From Ochotona princeps (lineage: Eukaryota): 64,000 nt of DNA. The position numbers were made by a program, and so were the translations under genes. Of this stretch, positions 11,085 through 20,994 are shown piece by piece (positions within the stretch are counted from its first letter, which is position 1; every line of letters begins with the position of its first letter). The DNA is taken from assembly GCF_030435755.1 (NCBI RefSeq), contig NC_080855.1:24722445-24786444 (forward strand), read 5' to 3'. Under the pieces are notes generated by a model. The model was not told where the DNA came from and ran no database searches. It was given only the letters and a program-made list of their open reading frames with translations.

Positions 11085-12930
11085 AATAATTACATGGTTG
11101 ATCGAGGTTTAAGGAAAATTGGGTGAATTCATTGTTTCCAAATTTGCTATTTCTTCTTGCTGTTCCTGGGGGAAGGGGGGAGACAAAGGGGAAGACCACT
11201 CATGACTTTCCACAAGTCCCAGTACCCAGGAATGAGAAACCACCACCTCACATCAACCCAGTGTGTACATATTCCAAGTGTTCTGTCCAAGTGGTTTGGA
11301 TAGTTCTGAAATGCTGCCAGCTTCACCCTCCCAATGATGTCACCCTCCCAATATCCATTGGCTCCATTCACTGAGATTTTTTGCTGTCATCATTTGTTTG
11401 GGGTAGTTGTCCAGTTAATTCTGTTCTGCTACAGCACCAAATGTGCTGCCATATTCTTCTCTTACAACAGGGCTTGTGTCCACTGCTCCACCTTTTTCAT
11501 TAAGTGGGGCATGTTCTTGCAGGCAAGTACAAGTACCTAGACCAGGAGTCCCAAGCATCACCGGATCCCCAACCCCTGAAACCCAATATCCTCCTGGGAC
11601 AGGAGACCCAACCTGTGCCTAATCCCCCACCCCTGGGGCTCATGAACCTGACACCCACCTAGTAGGTGAACCCTGGGACCTGGGCCAAAAAACCCAAGCC
11701 CTGCCAGATCCCCCACCCCTGGGGTTTACCAACACCCACCTAGAAAGTGGGGCCCAGGCTTACAACTCACCTCACCTCAGCATCTGCAGTCTTATTGCAC
11801 AGCCTGGCCTAGTCTAGTCTGCCTGTCGTTCCAGCTCCTGTTGGTGGGTGCTGTAGCCTATGCCATCCCAGCCTGTCTTGGTTATAATGTGAGCTGGCAG
11901 TTATTGCAGCCCGATCTGGCTCCTTCTACCCACTGCCCTGGTTCTCAAATCTGCCAGTGGGTGTGCTGGCCCAGACTAGTCTGTCCCCAGACCTGACCCA
12001 CATGTACACCAGCAGATACTGTAACCTGGCATGATCTGGGCTGCTCCTTGCCTTACTTCTGTGCTCCCCTGCGGAGGCTGCGTCCCAATGAAGGAGTTTC
12101 CTAAGCTCCTCCATCGAGTCTCCTCCCAGTGGTAGTTCTTGCATACACCATTGGGTTATTGACCCAGGTTGACTTTGTCCACCTCCTGTCCTGATACGAA
12201 CAACCGGCCACACCCATTCTGGCTCTTGTTGGGTGTTACAGCCCATTGCTACCTGGTCCGTGCCCAGACACAGCTTTCACATAGTTCAGAAGAGCCAAGA
12301 CCTAGTCTGGCCTATTCTACACCCAACCTGGCTCTCACAGGTACCAGTGGGGGCTGGAGTCAAGCCCGATCTTCCACCGTACCGGTACACACCCACACCA
12401 GTGCATTCTGTAGCCATGTACAGCCACACCTGCTGCCCTCAATTCTATTCTCATTCTCACCAGTTGGAACCCCAACCCAGCTGGAGTACCCGCTTAGCTC
12501 CCCAGCAAGGCCTGACCCCATCTGCAGTTCTTAGGTGAGCCAGCGAAGATTGCAGCTCCACATTTGTGAGTCCACATTGCCTCCACAGATTCTATCAGTC
12601 CTACTTCTCTCACTCTTGTTTTCCGCTCCAAACCACTTTGGTGTCGGTTCCCTACATACATACACATGTCATGGACTTGTCAATGGAAGTCCCTCAGTTG
12701 TAATTCCTAACCTAGGCATAAAAACTACAGGTCATCTCCTACTGCACTTGTGTGATCCCAGCATCCCCTGTAAATCAAGACCCTCTAATCGTGAGGGTAC
12801 GTTCCTAGGAGGCCTGAGGGGCTTTGCCCAGCACCTTTGGTGCCCGAGCCAACAGCTACTTGCCCCTAGCCAGTCAAATAATCTAACCTCCAGGATGGGG
12901 TGATCTTGGAGCCCCACCAAGCTTCCCTCC
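11085..12930 (+). repeat. Composite repeat copy A: ~470 bp head (ttacatggttgatcgagg…) + degenerate ~75 bp tandem array
   Basis: The head is homologous to 21000-21590, 49650-50110 and (reverse complement) 54300-54990. The array carries the recurring core …accagtgggtgctgNagccNggcc…tctgtccccag…ccagctcNcatgct…. Confidence 0.6.
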
Positions 12931-12974
12931 CCCCGGGGAGATAGTATGCTCAGCTGGACACACCTGTGCCAGCT

Positions 12975-13225
12975 TATTTTTATTTTTATTTATTTTATTT
13001 GAAAGGCAAAGTCACAGAGAAGGAGAGAGATCATTGCTGGTTCACTTCCCAAACAACTGCAATGGCCAGAGCTTAGCCTTTCTGAAGCCAGGAGCCTAGA
13101 GTTTCCTCCAGGTCCCCAGGGGCCCAAGGATTTGAACCATCTACAGGTTTCTCAGGCCACGAGCAGTGAACTGGATTGAAAGTGTACAACGTGGAATCAT
13201 TGCCCATGTGGGTTACCATTGCCAT
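12975..13225 (-). mobile_element. C-repeat SINE, antisense, divergent
   Basis: …ggttcacttcccaaacaactgcaatggccagagc…gaagccaggagcc. Confidence 0.65.
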
Positions 13226-13227
13226 GT

Positions 13228-13375
13228 TTTTTTTTTTTTTTAATTTAGTTATTTTACTTGAGTTTCAGAATGACAGATAGAGGTGGGGAGAGATAGATCT
13301 TTCATCCATTGGTTCATTCCTCAAATGGCTGACATGGCCAGAGCTGAGTTGATCTGAAGTCAGGCGCTTCTTTCT
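13228..13375 (-). mobile_element. C-repeat SINE fragment, antisense (tail end)
   Basis: 15-T tract + …ggttcattcctcaaatggctgacatggccagagctgag. Confidence 0.6.
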
Positions 13376-14251
13376 TTATCCTTGGATCTGTGAGATCAAC
13401 AACATTTCAGAACTAACGGGACCACTTGAACAGAACCCTCAGAGCATGCTCCACATCAGGGACCCTGGGATGACATCAAGGTGGCCATACCCCATCCCCA
13501 GGTACTGGGGCAGTTGGGAGGCTGCATGTGGCTTTTCTTCTCTTCCCTCCCCCCAAATATAGAAGATAAAGGGGAAAAAATTGATAGTTATCAGCGACTT
13601 GGGGAAGGTTGGATGGAGAAAGGCAAGATGAAACTCAGAGCATGCAGAATTTCAGAGGAAACAGATAAGCTTTAGTGATCCTGTAGCGTGGAATGGGGAG
13701 GATAATCAGAATTGCTGAAAGTCGATTTTAGTGTTTTCAGCACAAATGAGTGTTTGAGGCCGCGGCTTTGTCAGTTTGGTTTAATCCTTCCATTTGGTAA
13801 TGCATGAGCACATCACACCATCTTGATGTTCTGTTGTATTTCTATCTCAGTAAAAGATAAAGTAGACAATGGCATAATATTCTGTTCCATGGAAGTGACT
13901 ATTTGAAGCAATAAAGTCATTGTTGTAAAAACAGCCAGTGGTGAGTTTATTTTTACAGTGTTGATATTTCTTTACAAAATTACATGTCTGTAGCTGTTAT
14001 CTTTGTCTAATGGGGAATATGACTTTGACATTCCCTGTGACACAAAGAAATTAACTGCCTACCAAACCTCGAAACTGCCAGCATTTGAGAGCCCTAAATG
14101 TGATTTCCAAAACTGCTTTACCGGACTCTGTCGCCCTATTCTAATGCTTCCCCTGGATTCTAACCAATCCCTGATACACTGGTGCCAACCAAAGATGAAA
14201 GTGTGTCTACCTTGGAATTTCCTTTTGAAAAAATTATTTTTACTTTTTTAA

Positions 14252-14578
14252 AATGAAGATTTATTTATTTTTATTACAAAGTCAGATATACAGAGAGGAG
14301 GAGAGACAGAGAGGAAGATCTTCCGCCCGATGATTCACTCCCCAAGTACCGCAACGGCCAGTACTGCGCCAATCCAAAGCCAGGAGCCTGGAACTTCCTC
14401 CCAGTCTCCCACACGGGTGCAGGGTCCCAAGGCTTTGGGCCGTCCTCGACTGCTTTCCCAGGCCACAAGCAGGGAGCTGGATGGGAAGTGGAGCTGCCGG
14501 GACCAGAACCGGTGCCCATATGGGATCCCAGGGTGTTCAAGGTGAGGACCTTAGCCGCTAGGCCACACCGCCAGGCCC
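14252..14578 (-). mobile_element. C-repeat SINE, antisense (near-consensus)
   Basis: …cgggtgcagggtcccaaggctttgggccgtcctcgactgctttcccaggccacaagcagggagctggatgggaagtggagctgccgggaccagaaccggtgcccatatgggatccc. Confidence 0.9.
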
Positions 14579-14589
14579 TATTTTTTCTT

Positions 14590-14910
14590 TTTAAAAAAGA
14601 TTTATTTAGTATTTATTTTCATTGGAAAGGCATATTTATAGAGAGAAAGATCTTCATCCACTGTTTCACTCCCCAAATGGCTGCAATAGCCAGAACAGAG
14701 CTGATCTGAAGGCAGGAGCCAGGAGTTTCTTTGGGGTCTTCCACGCAGGTACAGGGTCCCAAGGCTTTGGGCCATCCTATACTACTTTCCCAGGTCACAA
14801 GCAGGAGGCTGGATGAGAAGTAGAGCAACCTGGACATGAACCAGTGTCTATGTGGGATGCTAGCACTTGGAGGTAGAAGATTGCCAGTTGAACCAACACA
14901 CCGACTCCTA
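14590..14910 (-). mobile_element. C-repeat SINE, antisense
   Basis: …ggtacagggtcccaaggctttgggccatcc…ggaggctggatgagaagtagagc. Confidence 0.8.
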
Positions 14911-14924
14911 CTTTCACTTCATTT

Positions 14925-15130
14925 CAAAGGAAGAAGTAGAGATCTCCTATCCACTGGCTCAGTCCCTGAATGCCCACAACAGCCAGGCTGAAGCCAGGAG
15001 CCCAGAATTCAATCCAGGGTAGCGTTAGTAGGAAGCTGAAATCAAAAGTGCAGCCTGGCCTTGAACCCAGGCACTTGGATATGGAGTGCGGGTGTCCCGA
15101 GTGGCAGCACCAGACCCAGAATTTCCCTTA
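14925..15130 (-). mobile_element. C-repeat-like SINE, antisense, divergent
   Basis: …aacagccaggctgaagccaggagcc…gaacccaggcacttggatatgg. Confidence 0.45.
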
Positions 15131-15868
15131 TACAATGGCATAGGCAGGTTGCACTAATGATATGGTGGGGCCCCAAGGAAAGACACCTGTTGTTATTTTC
15201 TGTTAGAGGTGGGAGGGGAGCTTGATGTGGGCCTCCCTTGTGGGAGGCAAGAGCCCAACCACCACACCATCACTTCTGCTTCCCAGAATCTGCATAAGGA
15301 AGGTCAAGTCAGGCACTGGAGCTGGGAATCAAATCCATCCCTCCGATGTGGGACATGGATGTTCCAATCAGCATCTTGACCACCAGGCTGGACCCCTGAC
15401 CCACACTACCAGTCTGGAAGAGCTAAGCAGGAGCACCAGGGTTTATGGATAATGATGAGTGATAGGATCTGAGAAAGAAAAAGGAAAATGGTCCAGGTCA
15501 CCCACCCACAGTGAACAGGGAAAGGTCAAGGGGGAGGCGGCAGCCTTGTGGCCAATAAGGCAGTTCTCGAAGGGGCCAGCGGCACATCTGGGGTTTGGGC
15601 CATGCACCACGACTGCACCTCGTCCCCCCAGCTCAGAACCCCTATTTGGAAAAGCATTCTCAAGAGTTGAAGAGTTGGTGCAAGCCAGCATCTTATCTCC
15701 TCAGGTCACCTTGTAATGAAAAGCCCCGAATTCTTATGCCTCTGTCCCTTGGGCCCCCGACTCCTTCCTGACTGATGTCCAGCAGGTGGCTGGAAATGAG
15801 ATTTTGCACGTCGCAGCTGCACATATGCCCACATTCACACCAGCTTTAGACATGTCTTTTTATTGAAC

Positions 15869-15874
15869 CATTTG
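15869..15874 (-). terminator. ZG16: Polyadenylation signal AATAAA (plus strand tttatt) ~40 nt downstream of the ZG16 stop
   Basis: AATAAA hexamer on the minus strand immediately 3' of the ZG16 TGA. Confidence 0.5.
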
Positions 15875-15909
15875 GATGGGAACAGTCATCAGGGAATTCA
15901 CACCCCATC

Positions 15910-16213
15910 TCAGCACTTGGGGTAGTTGTCCCAGTGCAGGCCGATGGCGTTGAGGAATAAACCAGCCCGGCCGCTGATGAAGCGGAGCACAGTGTTGGGA
16001 TACAGGGGAGCGGCATTGAAGCTCACTCCTGTGTCCTTCCCGAAGGACAGGTAGCGACCCTTGTCCGTCACAAAGACCAGCTTCCTCACGTAGTACTTGT
16101 ACTTCCCGGACACCTGGATCACCGATTCCCCTGGGTGCAGGACAATCTCCTCCAGGTCCCCCAGTTTGCCACCCACATAGTCACTCCACACCTTGCCATA
16201 GCGCACCTGGAGA
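15910..16213 (-). CDS. ZG16: ZG16 (zymogen granule protein 16, jacalin-type lectin) coding exon 3, incl. stop TGA at 15910-15912
   Basis: Translation (G)LQVRYGKVWSDYVGGKLGDLEEIVLHPGESVIQVSGKYKYYVRKLVFVTDKGRYLSFGKDTGVSFNAAPLYPNTVLRFISGRAGLFLNAIGLHWDNYPKC* matches human ZG16 residues ~65-167. Acceptor is cctatctcctcag|T. Confidence 0.9.
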
Positions 16214-16809
16214 CTGAGGAGATAGGGTGGTAGGGCAGAAAGGGAAACCCTGATTATTAGAGTTATCAGAATGGTAGGGTCCCCTGGCCTGCACGTGGAA
16301 CCCTCCAAACTTCTTTGGAGTCTAGACTTTTATCGTGTCCCTCATCCCTCCACTTGAAAGAAGCAAAGGGAGCTACAGGGGCTCCTGTGTGGGAGACGGA
16401 AGAGGCATATCCAGGCTGCCCCAAGCCGCAGATCCAAGGACCCGGGGAGCCAGGCCCAGAGTGGTGGCTCAGTTGCTAAACCTAAGGATTTGGAGCCATA
16501 TTTGGCTTTGCATGTGACGGAATTTTCCAGCTCTTAACAAAGTGGGAACTATCTCAGGAGAGGCACTGAGCAGACTTGGAGGGTAAAGGCCAAGGATGTT
16601 ACTGAATCTTGAACCTTGAACCTTGTAGGGGGGCTGAGCTGGTCAATTTCCAGTCCCTCAAGAAACTGATTGGCATTTGGGGGAGGAAGGAGTTGCAAAG
16701 GCATAGATCAGAGTCCAAGACCTCTAATAACTTTCACCATTTCCTGGTGTCCTTGTGCCCTGATGTAATAAGAGTCCCCCAAGCCATGGAATGGCTTTCA
16801 CAGTCTTAC

Positions 16810-16942
16810 CCCACAATAAAGAGAGAGTTGACTCGAACACGGATGGCGGTGATGGGGCCCTCCAGCTGGTTGCTTGAGTGGGAGAACCGCTGCCCTCCAC
16901 TGCTTCCGTACTCCCCGTTGTAGGATGAAGACCTGGCCTGGA
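16810..16942 (-). CDS. ZG16: ZG16 coding exon 2 (phase 1 in, phase 2 out; donor GG|GTAAGA)
   Basis: Translation (A)IQARSSSYNGEYGSSGGQRFSHSSNQLEGPITAIRVRVNSLFIVG matches human AIQARSSSYSGEYGSGGGKRFSHSGNQLDGPITALRVRVNTYYIVG. Acceptor is ccactgcag|TC. Confidence 0.9.
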
Positions 16943-17099
16943 CTGCAGTGGGAAGGAGACGTTGCAGGCAGAATTGCCCAGTGCCAGTGCCCAGTGCCCC
17001 AGGACAACCTCTACAAGTTTTGGGCAACAGCAGTGCGAGGGACCACGCCCCTCATCCCTCCCATGATGCTGTCACCAGACCCCTCAGCGTCTCACTTAC

Positions 17100-17154
17100 T
17101 GGCAGTGGCCGAGGCCAAGGCACAGAGAAGGGCTAGGAGAACCAAGGTCTGCAT
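17100..17154 (-). CDS. ZG16: ZG16 coding exon 1: ATG + signal peptide MQTLVLLALLCALASATA, donor A|GTAAGT
   Basis: ATG at 17154..17152 followed by a hydrophobic signal peptide (human MLTVALLALLCASASGNA). A canonical GTAAGT donor gives phase 1, which joins exon 2 in frame. Confidence 0.85.
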
Positions 17155-18949
17155 CGTGAGCTGCAAGGCAAGAAGAGAGACGATGAAGGGATGAAGAGGG
17201 CTGTTCTAACCCCCGGGGTGGTCCTGGGCTCTGGGACAGACTGAAGGCTGTCTGGTCCCTCAGCCTCCACCTCGCTGGAGCCTGGCTGAAGGTTTCAGAG
17301 GACTGTCCTGTGACCTCTAGTCCCCTCCTCCAGGTCTGATCTGCCATGACCCCAACGCCTCTGGCCCTCTGGTTAGGCTACAACCAATGGCTGCTTTTCC
17401 CTCTTCAAGCAGGAGTTCAGTCCTCCCTCTCTGGAGAAAGCTGTGCCACCTGCTGTCCTGACCCAGACAGGAAGGACACCATCCGAAGGCTGAGTAGGAT
17501 GCGGCCAAAGCACCGAGATAGCTGAAACCAGAACCTAAGCAAAAGCCAACAAGCCGGCCTGTAGTCGCTTGGTCTCTATTACAGGGTCTGGTTTAGATCC
17601 CTAACCCTGTGCTGGTCTCAGATCAGACACAAAAGGGGCTTTTGTGTCACCTGACATTGCAAATGGTGGCAGGGGACATGATGCCAGCAGCCAGTGCCCA
17701 AGCTGTTTGGGTGGCACTAGTAACCTTGAGAAGTTGAAGGAGGAGTCAGGAGCAGCTCAAGGCGCTGGATGCCAGAGCCCTAGCCTCTCCTTCACCATGC
17801 TTTATCCACCTAACACACACCTGGCCTCCTCCAGTCACCTGAGGGTGCTGGTGGTTCCTAGCCCTTAACAAGACCCCTGCAAACTTCTGCTGCTGGGTTA
17901 GCTTCCGCCCAGGCTCTCCTACTCGAGTCTGTCCTGCCGCTCAGCCCCTTCCACAAATCAGATTAGAATCCTGCCCAAGGCAGACCCAGGAATCCATCAC
18001 CCCCTCACCTGGAAACTTCGGGTGCTAGGTAACCCCTTCAAGACTTGCAGAACTTTTATACCAACCCCAAGCCCTCCTCCCTGTTTGTCATGTGAACCTC
18101 ACCTCCTGAACAAACACGGTCAACCTCTTAGAACATCTTGCCCTGCCCCCCCGCCATGAGAGGTGGCAAGATGGGGACCCATCTGAGACAAATGTCAGAA
18201 GGGGCAGAATAAGTGTGAACCACAGTTGCCACGAGCTATGGGTGACCAGAGGAGCTGGCCACCTCCAGAGTGCGGTGTGGAAGGTCTCCCCTCCCAGCAA
18301 TCTGCAGGTGCGCTCACCTGCACCTGAGTGCTATGGGAATAGATACTGCTCCCCACAAACACCCAAGTTGAGAACACAAGGTCAAGGCCTTGGCCTGTGG
18401 GGTACCCACAACTTGTCAAATACTCTCTGCTTTCCCTTCCCTCATGCTTAACTGTCCTCAGCCCTCCTCCCCGCCCCCAAAATGACAAAGTTTGATGAAG
18501 CTCACGGTGGACACCCCGGAGCCAGCAGAGAATCTTCAGGCTGGAGACGGCACCCCCATTCCTGCCAGCTGAAGGACTGAGGGGACACAGGGTCCCTTTG
18601 GGGTGGGGTTGGACTTTGCAGTCGGAGACACTGAGGTACTTCCTGAGGCTTCTGCTCCACCCCTTGGATCTGACACACCTGCAAGGTGGGTGTCAGGTGG
18701 CTGCCCCCTGAGCCCCTGCTGGGTGGGACTGATGGCTCCCCACCTCATGTCCCGAGGGCCCACTCCTGAGTCAGACAAGAGGTAGACTCCCAAGGACTGC
18801 CCCCGTAGTGACTCCTGTGAGTCAACAGGTGATGTTCGCTGTGGACAGAAGGACGGAGCCCAGGGAGGGGCTGGAGAGAGCAGCATCACTTATCAATCGA
18901 TGCTCCATGACCTGTGGCTTGGGGCATCCCACTCCCTTCCCTCGCCCAG

Positions 18950-19300
18950 GCCAGGCTGGCCATCTGGAGCTGAGGAGTCATCCCAGATAGCCAAGGGAGT
19001 CCCGCCCTGCGGAGCCGGAAGTAGGGCGGCGAGCTTCCAGGAGCCTCGCTGGCCCCCAGCCAGGAGCGCCAGTGCGTGTCATCACCTCCTTGCTCCTCTC
19101 CTTTCCTCCTCACGTTCAAGACAAGCACAACCGCTTCACCCCACTGTGCCTGCTCCTCTTGGCTCCTGCCATCTTCCTCTCTCTCTCTCTGCCTTCCTCT
19201 CCTTTCTCCCTCTTCGCCGTCTCTTTCTCTCATTATCCTTGGTCCCAGGGGAGCGGAACACATAGTCTTGACCAAACAGGGCACAAGTCAAGATGGCAGT
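18950..19300. promoter_or_regulatory. GC-rich promoter-like island with an ETS/GABP-type CCGGAAGT motif and GC boxes, in the intergenic region between ZG16 and C16orf54
   Basis: gccaagggagtcccgccctgcggagccggaagtagggcggcgagcttccagg… followed by a CT-rich tract. No coding homology recognised. Confidence 0.25.
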
Positions 19301-19527
19301 CCTGAGCTGTCTGAGGTGAACAGCTTGGGGTCCCCTTAGGACAGAGACCGTAAGGGGTCTCCCGGCCCCGCCCCTGACCTGTCCAGAGACAAGGAAGGCC
19401 ATCTTGGGCCGGGGCTGAGGTCTTCGCATCTGTCTCTTGTGGTGACTCGATATCCAGGGAGAGGGAGGCAAGGCAGCAGGACACCGCACCTCCCACCTGT
19501 CATTCTGGTCTACATTTTAATTAAAAA

Positions 19528-19840
19528 AAAAAAATTTTTTTTTTTTTCATTAGAAAGTGAGATATACAGAGAGGAGGAGAGGAAGATCTTCCATCCGATG
19601 GTTTATTCCCCAAGTGGACACAACGGTTAGAGCTGAGCTGATCTGAAGCCAGGAGTTTCTTCCAGGTCTCCCATGCGGGTGCAGAGTCCCAAGGCTTTGG
19701 GCTGTCCTGGACTGCGTTCCCAGGCCACAAGCAGGAAGATGGAAGGGAAGTGGGGCTGCTGGGATTAGAACCGGCGCCCATATGGGATCCTGGCCAGTAC
19801 TTTAGCTGCTAGACTACTGTGCTGGGCCCTACATTTTAAT
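19528..19840 (-). mobile_element. C-repeat SINE, antisense, long A/T tail
   Basis: a12t14 tract + …gggtgcagagtcccaaggctttgggctgtcc…gaaccggcgcccatatgggatcc. Confidence 0.85.
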
Positions 19841-19861
19841 TTTCAAAGATTTTACTTAGAG

Positions 19862-20155
19862 GCCAGCATTGTAGCACAGTGGGTAGAGCTGCCACTTAAG
19901 ATAGGTGGCAGTTCGTGTCCTGGCTGCTCCACTTCCCATTCATGCTCCCTGCTAATGGCCTGGGAAAAGCAGCAAAGAATAGTCCACGTGCTTGGACCTG
20001 CCACCCATGTGGGAGATCTGAAAGAAGCTCCTGGCTTCAGCCTGGCCTAGCTGGGTGTTGTCAGGATTTAGAGAATGAACCAGTGGAAGGACTATCTCTG
20101 TTATTCTTGTTCTCTCTCTCTCTCTCTTCTGCCTTGCAAAATAAATGAAAACATG
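19862..20155 (+). mobile_element. C-repeat SINE, sense, followed by (CT)n
   Basis: ggccagcattgtagcacagtgggtagagc…ctgctccacttcccattcatgctccctgctaatggcctgggaaaagcagc. Confidence 0.75.
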
Positions 20156-20407
20156 TTCATAGGAAAATGGAACAAAAACCCAACCTCATTTTGGTGCATG
20201 CGTAGTTTTCTCATAATTCCTCACTTTCCACCAGCTTTTTGAAGTCTGAACAGAGTAAACAAAAGAGAAACTCTAAAGCCACAAGTGAGAGGGGGGTGTG
20301 TGTGTGTGATGAATTTGGAAATAACTAGGACAATAGGGTAGCTGGCAGCAAACAGTGGGTGCCAGCAGGAGGTGTGGTCTGGGCTGCAGCCAGGGTGACC
20401 AGATGGG

Positions 20408-20578
20408 GTCTTTTTTTTTTTTTTTTTTTTTTTTTTTAGATTTATTTTATTTTTATTACAAAGTCAGATATACTGAGAGGAGGATAGATAGAGAGGAAGT
20501 GGAGCTGCCGGGATTAGAACCAGCGGCCATATGGGATCAAGGCGAGAACCTTAGCCACTAGGCCATGCTGCCAAGCCC
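20408..20578 (-). mobile_element. C-repeat SINE, antisense, internally deleted, ~30-nt poly-T, flanked by TSD cagatggggtctt
   Basis: TSD copies at ~20398-20410 and ~20579-20591. The body is tail + …ggaagtggagctgccgggattagaaccagcggccatatgggatc…. Confidence 0.8.
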
Positions 20579-20814
20579 CAGATGGGGTCTTGAGAGGCCA
20601 TGGTCAAGAACAAGTGCTTGCTGGCCTGCTTCCAAGCCCCTCCAGCCAGAACACGCCTACATTTCCACACCCCAACTTGCTCCTACACCATCTCTAGAAC
20701 TTCCCCAGACACCCCCTCTCCTGTCCCCGACCTCCACCACCAATGGCAGAATCAGCTTTGAACCCAGCCTCCTTCTGCCCAGGAACACAGCACTCTTTTT
20801 CTAAAGCCCAGCAT

Positions 20815-20912
20815 CACAGAGTGATAGCCAAGCTGGAACAGACCAAAACCAGGATCTAGGAGCTTCTTCCAGGTCTCCCACATGCATGCAGGATCCCAAG
20901 CATTTGGGTCAT

Positions 20913-20913
<1 letters not shown>
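20815..20913 (-). mobile_element. C-repeat SINE fragment, antisense, adjacent to (TG)n
   Basis: …gagcttcttccaggtctcccacatgcatgcaggatcccaagcatttggg. Confidence 0.55.

Positions 20914-20962
<49 letters not shown>
20914..20962. repeat. (TG)n microsatellite, ~24 units
   Basis: tgtgtgtgtg… uninterrupted. Confidence 0.9.
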
Positions 20963-20965
<3 letters not shown>

Positions 20966-20994
20966 ACATCGTTGACCAGGGTCAGAAGAGTGGA

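Noticed and set aside
11560-12930. Tandem ~75-bp arrays superficially resembling a repeat-spacer array
   Set aside because: Not CRISPR. The units are degenerate and directly abut one another with no unique spacers. The context is a mammalian intergenic region with no cas genes, and the same array recurs in five copies.
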